A DNA stretch of 47,963 bases from an uncultured Methanosarcinaceae archaeon. GTDB lineage: Archaea > Halobacteriota > Methanosarcinia > Methanosarcinales > Methanosarcinaceae. Location of the stretch: assembly GCA_963721455.1 (NCBI GenBank), contig CAVRJG010000073.1, positions 1 to 47,963 of the forward strand. Direction: 5' to 3'. A program made the translations under genes and the position numbers. Under the pieces are notes generated by a model. It saw nothing but the letters and a program-made list of their open reading frames with translations, was not told the DNA's origin and made no database searches. Positions 41,797 to 47,963 of this stretch are shown here, piece by piece; position 1 is the first letter of the stretch, and the number at the start of each line of letters is the position of its first letter.

Positions 41797-43560
41797 TCAC
41801 ACCCCTCTTTTCTCTCGGTACAGTTCGATTGCTCGTCTGACCCTTTCTTCCTCGATCATCCCGGTGGTAGAGGCAGTTTCAAAAAACCTTTTCGGAAGAG
41901 TGAGGTTTTCAAACTTGAAGCCGAATTTCTTCTTCAGTTCATATTTTTTCCTGAAAACATCCTTGCCTAATTCTTTCAATTCTTCTTCGGTTCTCTCTAT
42001 CCCTATACACCTGAGGGCCTCAATTATGTTTTCATATGTATAGACATTCCTGGCAAAGAGACAGGCAACCATGCAGTTCAGGATACTTCTGCGATCTTCT
42101 TCATCGATTATATAGTCAACAATCTGTTCATCCGAAATCGGGTGGTTAAATGCTTTCTGGTCTGCTGCATAGCCTGCATTGTCAAGATGGGAATGTCGGA
42201 AACCCACACTGAGCCCAAGCACGTTTCCAAGCCCTGTATGGTAACCGGGAATTTCCAGGCCTCCGAGCTGGACTGCAAATTCTTCTCCCCCATACTTTTT
42301 TGAGGCATAATCCACCCCCTTGCCCAGGGCTGCATAGAAGTCATTTGGCGCCTGGACTACAAGGTCTATTGCCCTCAGGTATGCAGCCTTGTTTCCCCAG
42401 GAAAGATTGAGTCCCATAGTATCTTCAGTGGAAATTTTTCCGCGCTGCTGCATTTCTGTTACCCAGGCGAGCACCACTCCCATGCTGATTATGTCGACTC
42501 CGGCTTTTTCACAGGCATCGATCAATTCGAGCACGGCTTCGGGATCGGCTACTCCCAGGTTCGAACCGAGGGCATAGATCAATTCGAAATCATAGGAAAT
42601 ATTCAGGGACTCATACTCATGGGCTTTTGAGAATTGACGCTTTAGCATAGCCACATGGACACAACCTATGGGGCAGCCTGCACAGGAAACCCGCCGGATC
42701 AGGTATTTTTCCGCAAAGAGCTCTCCTGATATCGTTTCAGCCCCTTCGAAAGAAGCTACCTGCAGGTTCCGGGTAGGCAGGCCTTTGAGTTCGTTTAAGA
42801 CCAGGATGTTTTCGCTTGTGCCTAGGTTATGGTACTTCTCAGTGAGTCCTGTTTTCACAATTGTGTCGTAGAGCATGCTAAAAGTCTTTCTGTAGGCACT
42901 GTGCTCAGGGCTTTTTATCTCCCTGTTTCCGGAAATCAGAAGAGCTTTAAGTTTCTTTGCTCCAAAAACCGTTCCAAGCCCGAGGCGCCCGAAGTGACGG
43001 TAGGTATCAACATTGACACTTGCATATGTGATCCCTTTTTCTCCTGCAGGCCCTATCCGAATAATACTGCGCCTGCCGGCTCCGGGCTCTACCTCGCGGA
43101 GGATTTTCCCTACGTCAATTGCTGAAGAAAGATGCCATATGGAAGATGCGTCCCTGAAAGTAACCTTATCATCATGAACTGCCACATACACAGGGTATCG
43201 GGAAGCACCTTTGATAACAATTGTTTCGTATCCGGAATAGCGCATGGACATGGCAAGGTGTCCTCCTGCGTAGGACTCCCCTAGCTCGCCGTTAAGAGGA
43301 GAACGAAACAGTGCAACGGTTTTGGTACATGTCGGGTATACGCCGGAGAGAGGCCCTGTGCTGAGGATGACTGGCATTTCCGGGTCAAGAGGGCCGGTGC
43401 CTTCTACATATTCCTCGAGCATTAGGTTCGTGGCAACCCCTACGCCTCCCAAGTACTTTTCATAGAGGTCTCGCCTGTCCTTAATATGATAGCTCTGTTT
43501 GGTCAGGTCAATGTAAAGTACATTTGTAAGGCCCGGAATAGCATACTGCTCTGTCGTCAT
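41797..43560 (-). CDS. Aldehyde ferredoxin oxidoreductase family (tungstopterin) protein
   Basis: YLGGVG, RSPLNG..ESYAGG, IGPAGE, GRLGLGTVFGAKKLKA, CAGCPIGC. Confidence 0.93.
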   Translation of the reverse strand: MTTEQYAIPGLTNVLYIDLTKQSYHIKDRRDLYEKYLGGVGVATNLMLEEYVEGTGPLDPEMPVILSTGPLSGVYPTCTKTVALFRSPLNGELGESYAGGHLAMSMRYSGYETIVIKGASRYPVYVAVHDDKVTFRDASSIWHLSSAIDVGKILREVEPGAGRRSIIRIGPAGEKGITYASVNVDTYRHFGRLGLGTVFGAKKLKALLISGNREIKSPEHSAYRKTFSMLYDTIVKTGLTEKYHNLGTSENILVLNELKGLPTRNLQVASFEGAETISGELFAEKYLIRRVSCAGCPIGCVHVAMLKRQFSKAHEYESLNISYDFELIYALGSNLGVADPEAVLELIDACEKAGVDIISMGVVLAWVTEMQQRGKISTEDTMGLNLSWGNKAAYLRAIDLVVQAPNDFYAALGKGVDYASKKYGGEEFAVQLGGLEIPGYHTGLGNVLGLSVGFRHSHLDNAGYAADQKAFNHPISDEQIVDYIIDEEDRRSILNCMVACLFARNVYTYENIIEALRCIGIERTEEELKELGKDVFRKKYELKKKFGFKFENLTLPKRFFETASTTGMIEEERVRRAIELYREKRGV

Positions 43561-44075
43561 TTTTTCTCCTCCGACTGTTTTTCTCCGTAAAGCTCTTTAT
43601 GGGATGCAGTAGAGCTAACCGGGCTCGTATCCGGAGCCGGGCCCATGTCAGTAATTTTTATTTCCCCGCTGTCTTCTACTTCAATCATTTCCAGCACATC
43701 ATGGGGACAGAACTTCGGGCAAACCCCACAGTGCTTGCAGATTACTGCTTTTTTTTCCGCATCCAGATGGATAGCCCCCATTAAGCAGGCTTCTATACAG
43801 TTCCCGCAACCATCACAGATCTCTTTATTGAGATTGACCCCTCCCCCTTTCCGTTTTGTCAGCGCGCCAAGCGGACAGGCCCTCATACATGGGGGGTCGA
43901 TACATGCATGGCAGACAATTTGAACATAAGGAGTTTCGATTCCTCCGCGAGTCTGGATATCAATTCTGCTGTTTTTCAAAGATATGGTATCATACCAGGT
44001 TCTTGCGCAGGCCATCATACAGGAATAGCAGCCTATGCAACGGGCCGGATTTGCAACTTTTAACCTTTTTGCCAT
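43557..44075 (-). CDS. 4Fe-4S dicluster ferredoxin-like protein, coupled to AOR by ATGA overlap
   Basis: CIGCYSCMMAC, CHACIDPPCMRACP, CDGCGNCIEAC, CKHCGVCPKFCP. Confidence 0.93.
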   Translation of the reverse strand: MAKRLKVANPARCIGCYSCMMACARTWYDTISLKNSRIDIQTRGGIETPYVQIVCHACIDPPCMRACPLGALTKRKGGGVNLNKEICDGCGNCIEACLMGAIHLDAEKKAVICKHCGVCPKFCPHDVLEMIEVEDSGEIKITDMGPAPDTSPVSSTASHKELYGEKQSEEKK

Positions 44076-44191
44076 TATTTCCCACTCAGTTTCCTCTTTT
44101 AAGAAAGTCTGTGTCCTGGTTTATATAATGTATTATCGAAATGCAGCAGTAATCAAGCCAGGGATTTACGGAGCAAATTTTCAAGAGATGG

Positions 44192-44306
44192 CAAGGATTT
44201 CCTGTGTAATATCAAGGATTTCCTATGTAATATCAAAGATTTCCTGTGTAATATCAAAGATTTCCTGTGTAATATATAAGACTGCATTAATATAAGACTG
44301 CATTAA
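44192..44306. repeat. Four tandem 21-bp repeats followed by two ~17-bp repeats
   Basis: CAA(G/A)GATTTCCT(G/A)TGTAATAT x4; TATAAGACTGCATTAA x2. Confidence 0.9.
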
Positions 44307-44433
44307 AAGAAATCCTTTTTTGATGTAAATCGAAATGTCTTTATTCTCTGCTCGCATACATAGGAAAGTGGATTCCGGTTTGTTAAACAATTAATAAATA
44401 GTTATCGAAGATATCCTGATCTGGAAGGTTCGT

Positions 44434-44550
44434 ATGCAACAAAATGAAATGATACAGCAAAACAAAATGATACAGCAAAACAGAGTGATAATCGGGACTT
44501 TCAGTGTACTGTTTACTTTGTTATTGCTAATCGGTTTGTGCTTCGTCTGA
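44434..44550 (+). CDS. Small membrane peptide, 38 aa MQQNEMIQQNKMIQQNRVIIGTFSVLFTLLLLIGLCFV
   Basis: ATG after GGAAGGT; single hydrophobic helix; paralogous to 45080-45160. Confidence 0.65.
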   Translation: MQQNEMIQQNKMIQQNRVIIGTFSVLFTLLLLIGLCFV

Positions 44551-45079
44551 TCCCTTACCCCTTGCGGGTCATGGAGCTTCCGGAGCAGCGATTCAATCTT
44601 CAGAAGGATTGAGTGCTTTCTCACAGGCATAACTGCCTGGCTTGCCGTGAAGCGCAGATGCAAAAAAGTTGTTATGGGCCGGAGCCGGATATTTTCTTTG
44701 CGGCTCCTATTAGTTTGAAGTTCCCTTTAACCTCAGGGATCCCAGAATTCTCCTGGCTTTCCCTGGGCTTTTCCTAACAGGGAGGACAATTCCAGCTTAC
44801 TTGCCGGCCCGGAAAGGAAGTTTCCGTTTTCCTCAGGTTTTAGGACAATTTTTTCGAACATAATTTCCCGGCAAAAATATTTCGGGCCGGCGAAGCTGAA
44901 AAAATGCTCATCTCCCCTGTATATAAGGAAACTGTGCTGAAAAATTCCTTTTTGAGTTTAAATAGAAAACTTTTTTATTTCCGTATCACGTAAATAGGAT
45001 AGTGAATTCCGGTTTGTTGAAAAGAGAACTGATCAGCTATCGGAGATATTAGGACATAATCTGATATGGAAGGTTCCTT

Positions 45080-45160
45080 ATGCAGCAAAACAAGATGATA
45101 GCTGGCACGTATGGCTTAATGTTCGTGGTGGTCTTGTTAATCGGCTTGTTACTGGTATAA
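45080..45160 (+). CDS. Small membrane peptide, 26 aa MQQNKMIAGTYGLMFVVVLLIGLLLV
   Basis: ATG after GGAAGGT; paralog of 44434-44550 with conserved frame and stop position. Confidence 0.65.
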   Translation: MQQNKMIAGTYGLMFVVVLLIGLLLV

Positions 45161-45568
45161 CCCGAAATTCCCCAAATCTTTCCCTCTGATTTCTGGTCGT
45201 ACCCTGAGCAGACAACGAGAAACGCAACGATCGGATGTCTTTTTGGGCCTCGGCCTTAAATGTCTGATGTGTGCCTGAAAAGGTCGTAAGAAATCCTGAA
45301 TAATTGGGACTGAAACACGGAAAATGATTTTTCCATCCGTGCCTTTTTACCGGCAGCTTACAGTCAGTTCAGGTTTCATAGTTTTGGTTTAAATGATCTT
45401 TTTTGCCAATATTTTGTTACGAGACCTGTTATTGAGATCCTGTCGCTTATATACTTATAATAATTTTTTCTACGGAAAAATTATTTCTTATCAGGAATTA
45501 GATTATACCCTGAGAATATCTCTGTATTTATGAGAGAATTTAAATCACTATTTTAAGGATGAAACAAC

Positions 45569-45706
45569 ATGGAAAAATGTGAAAGCTGCGGAAGAGAAGT
45601 TGAGAGTTTTATCACTATCAAAGGACAAAAGCTCTGCATCGAATGTGCCGTTAATGCTCAGAAGGACATTGATCCTGACAGCCTAAATTTCAGTGCGTGC
45701 ATGTGA
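45569..45706 (+). CDS. 45-aa zinc-finger-like small protein
   Basis: MEKCESCGREVESFITIKGQKLCIECAVNAQKDIDPDSLNFSACM; two CxxC; AAGGATGA upstream; T-rich terminator downstream. Confidence 0.75.
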   Translation: MEKCESCGREVESFITIKGQKLCIECAVNAQKDIDPDSLNFSACM

Positions 45707-45973
45707 TTCTGTTACCATAAGGCCTTCTAAGGCTGCTTTTTTCTATTTTAAATACATTTTTTTCTCCATAAGGCCTGATCATTTTTTCGAGGTTGTCCAG
45801 TAGCCTGAACATTAATAGCTTTGACTCTGCCAGATATTCTACATATTTATGTCCTTCAACTCCTTGACCTCAGGATAGTGAATAGTTAATTGTAAGTGAA
45901 GTACAATGTGATCAGCACATACTGAAAAATATTATGATTAGGGGTTAAGTCTCCTCTGGAATATCCTTCTTAA

Positions 45974-46198
45974 GGGATCAGAGTCCTGAACAGGTCACAG
46001 ATAATCTACGCCTGCAGGTTCAAAGGAAATAAATTCGATACCGTAGACAGGCCTGGGTACGTAAAATCAATAGTGGATTTCGCTCTTGAAAACCAGAATC
46101 TCAGAGAAGACGTGCTTGAATACCTCTGGGAGATCCTTGAAGCTGAAAAGGTTCCAGTACAAAGGGGAGAGAGAGATAATAACAGAGCCATCGGCTGA
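45974..46198 (+). pseudogene. C-terminal remnant of UTP-glucose-1-phosphate uridylyltransferase (GalU-like)
   Basis: GIRVLNRSQIIYACRFKGNKFDTVDRPGYVKSIVDFALENQNLREDVLEYL; in-frame TAA directly upstream. Confidence 0.65.
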
Positions 46199-46315
46199 GA
46201 GAATCATAATTTGAGATAAATGAGAAATTCTGCGAAGAATGAGAACTTAATTGAAAACGAGAACTTAATTGAAAATCAGAACTTAAACAAAAATCCGAAC
46301 TAATAAAAAATTTAG

Positions 46316-46398
46316 TGCGAGGGAAGGGAGTCGAACCCTTGAACCCCTGCGGGAATGGATCTTGAGCCCATCGCCTTTAACCACTCGGCAACCCTCGC
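46316..46398 (-). tRNA. tRNA-Leu(CAA)
   Basis: GCGAGGGTTGCCGAGTGGTTAAAGGCGATGGGCTCAAGATCCATTCCCGCAGGGGTTCAAGGGTTCGACTCCCTTCCCTCGCA; cloverleaf with long variable arm. Confidence 0.96.
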
Positions 46399-46448
46399 AC
46401 AATTGATTTTATTTCTTGTCTAAATATTCTCTAGTCTTCCTGATTATA

Positions 46449-46487
46449 TCTTGAGCCTGTCACCGTTGACCGCTTGGTTACTCCCGC
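46449..46487 (-). pseudogene. Orphan 5' half of a second tRNA-Leu(CAA)
   Basis: GCGGGAGTAACCAAGCGGTCAACGGTGACAGGCTCAAGA: acceptor 5' strand, D arm, anticodon loop; no 3' half follows. Confidence 0.7.
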
Positions 46488-46648
46488 ATTTTATGGAAGC
46501 CAATAAGGTAACGATAGAACTAGCATATAAAGCTAATCCTATAAGTAAGCTAATCCTGTAAAATTTAAATTCCAGAGATATTACCACTATATTTTTCTGT
46601 TTTCCGGCTTCAGATTTCCTGCTTCAAACTTTAAGTCTTACCGGACCT

Positions 46649-46975
46649 TCAGGCATCTTCTCCTGAACTATTTAAATGAACCCAGTCAAGATACTCCCTT
46701 TCTCCTTCAATTCCCCAGAATTCTATTGCAGGCATTTCATACGTGTGCAATGACTTTACGAGCCTTGTGATTTCTTCAAAGCGTGAAGAATCAGTTTTTA
46801 CAAACATGGCGATCTCATTGTCTTCTTCGATCTTTTCTTTCCATCTGTAAACCGAAGATACTGGAAATATATTCACGCAGGCTGCAAGCCTCTTTGAAAC
46901 CAGTTCTCTTGCAATCTCTGATGCATTCTCCATATTTCCAGCAGTAATATATACAATTCCAAGCATAGGCATCAA
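46649..46975 (-). CDS. cutA: Divalent cation tolerance protein
   Basis: LVSKRLAACVNI..SVYRW..KT..LHTYEMPAI..YLDWV. Confidence 0.95.
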   Translation of the reverse strand: MMPMLGIVYITAGNMENASEIARELVSKRLAACVNIFPVSSVYRWKEKIEEDNEIAMFVKTDSSRFEEITRLVKSLHTYEMPAIEFWGIEGEREYLDWVHLNSSGEDA

Positions 46976-47131
46976 CAGATGTCAACCATTACTTAATTAA
47001 CTTTTTTAAATCCTTCTTTTCTCTTCAAAAAATAATTATTCTATTGCTTCAATTCAGCGAAAGTCTTGCTTGATACATAGGTTGCAACGAGTTTTGTAGT
47101 TGTCGACGGAATTGGGAGAGGGAGCGCGAAC

Positions 47132-47176
47132 ATACCCTGTTACTTGCAGCGGGGTGCGCCAGCTCAGCTTTGATTT
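47132..47176. repeat. Short palindromic repeat, homolog of the element interrupted by the IS stack
   Basis: ATACCCTGTTACTTGCAGCGGGGTGCGCCAGCTCAGCTTTGATTT versus reconstructed ATACCCCGCAGCTTGCCGTGGGGTGCACCAGCGCAATTTTTATTT (36801/41674). Confidence 0.7.
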
Positions 47177-47341
47177 ATCACTTTATATCGCGTTGCTTTT
47201 TTATCTTTTTTCTTCTATGAGGCGTCCACTATTCTGCTGACCATTAAGCCGGCAGGTCCTCATTGTTCACTCCTAAAAGGGGATTAAATCCGAATTCTGT
47301 GGGAATCGGGTAACAGCATTAGCTTCCTAAAAAATTGGCAT

Positions 47342-47660
47342 TCAATAGAAATTCAGGAGCTTTATTAACAACAGAACCCCCATGATGATAGGCCAGTACA
47401 GCACCTTCACGTACAGGTTGTCCTTTGTATCAAAGGGATCTCCATATGGGACACAAAAGCTATTGAATTCAGAGAAACGGCAAGAATTGCCAGGTACAGT
47501 ATGAGATAGAAATATTCGAGGTAGATGATACTGTCCGTGGGGATTTTAGTCCTGAGGGAGGCGTGGGAAATGATAAGAACAAAAAAGACGGAGACACAGT
47601 AGGCAAGGACTCAGGAAGAATTGAACCCGAACTGGTTTTTCCTTTCTTCCTTGGTCGTTA
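47342..47660 (-). pseudogene. C-terminal multi-TM remnant, possibly of a pentameric ligand-gated channel-like protein
   Basis: FGFNSS*VLAYCVSVFFVLIISHASLRTKIPTDSIIYLEYFYLILYLAILAV..YWPIIMG; internal stop and frameshift. Confidence 0.45.
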
Positions 47661-47662
47661 TT

Positions 47663-47963
47663 CACTGTGGAAGATTGAATAAAGCTGTTTTTCCAAAATC
47701 AGTAAAATATCCATTTCAATATGGTCCTAATATTTTAGCTTCAGCACTCAATAATTTGAGAGTTCCATTTGAGAATAACCATGCAGAAAGAGGCATCAGG
47801 ATGATGAAACTACAGCAGAAAATATCAGGAACTTTCAGAACCATACAAGGAGCGGAAGCTTTCTGCAGAATTAGAGCATATATTTCGACCATTAGAAAGA
47901 ATGGTTTACCTGTTATAGATGGTATTCTCGCGGCGTTCAGCGGAGCGCCGTTAACTATACCCT
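47663..47963 (+). mobile_element. IS66-family transposase remnant with internal deletion, runs to window end
   Basis: HCGRLNKAVFP..QYGPNILAS fused to VPFENNHAERGIRMMKLQQKISGTFRT..GAEAFCRIRAYISTIRKNG. Confidence 0.85.

Noticed and set aside
44192-44306. Possible CRISPR array
   Set aside because: Repeats are directly adjacent with no spacers; no cas genes in window
46316-46398. Integrated element using tRNA-Leu as attachment site
   Set aside because: No integrase and no duplicated tRNA 3' end seen in the window

Overview
Archaeal, Methanosarcina-like chromosomal window (inferred from gene content: YVTN surface proteins, XPB-Bax1, tungsten-type aldehyde oxidoreductase, archaeal tRNA-Leu). 1-10 kb is an accessory, MITE-riddled cell-surface region with a PQQ-type beta-propeller, YIP1 and YVTN genes, and two signal-peptide-bearing zinc peptidases (M13 and a chimeric M32). 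10-20 kb is housekeeping (SufT-like with ATC start, nitroreductase, histidine phosphatase, HD protein, XPB-Bax1, SDH protease, Gdx/SugE, radical SAM). 20-31 kb holds an uncharacterised membrane/HhH protein, a type I R-M locus (hsdM intact, hsdS and hsdR frameshifted) and an AAA_14 ATPase. 31-37 kb holds aqpZ, glutamate decarboxylase and a nitrilase-family amidase. 36.8-41.7 kb is a nested IS stack: an IS1182-type element carrying two IS630 elements and one IS256. 41.8-48 kb holds an AOR/ferredoxin operon, two paralogous small-membrane-peptide cassettes with conserved structured leaders (best candidate for an undescribed system, type I toxin-antitoxin-like), a 45-aa zinc-finger ORF, tRNA-Leu(CAA) preceded by an orphan 5' tRNA half, cutA and gene remnants. 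All family calls are from motif recognition by eye; no searches were run, and some frameshifts may be sequencing errors.
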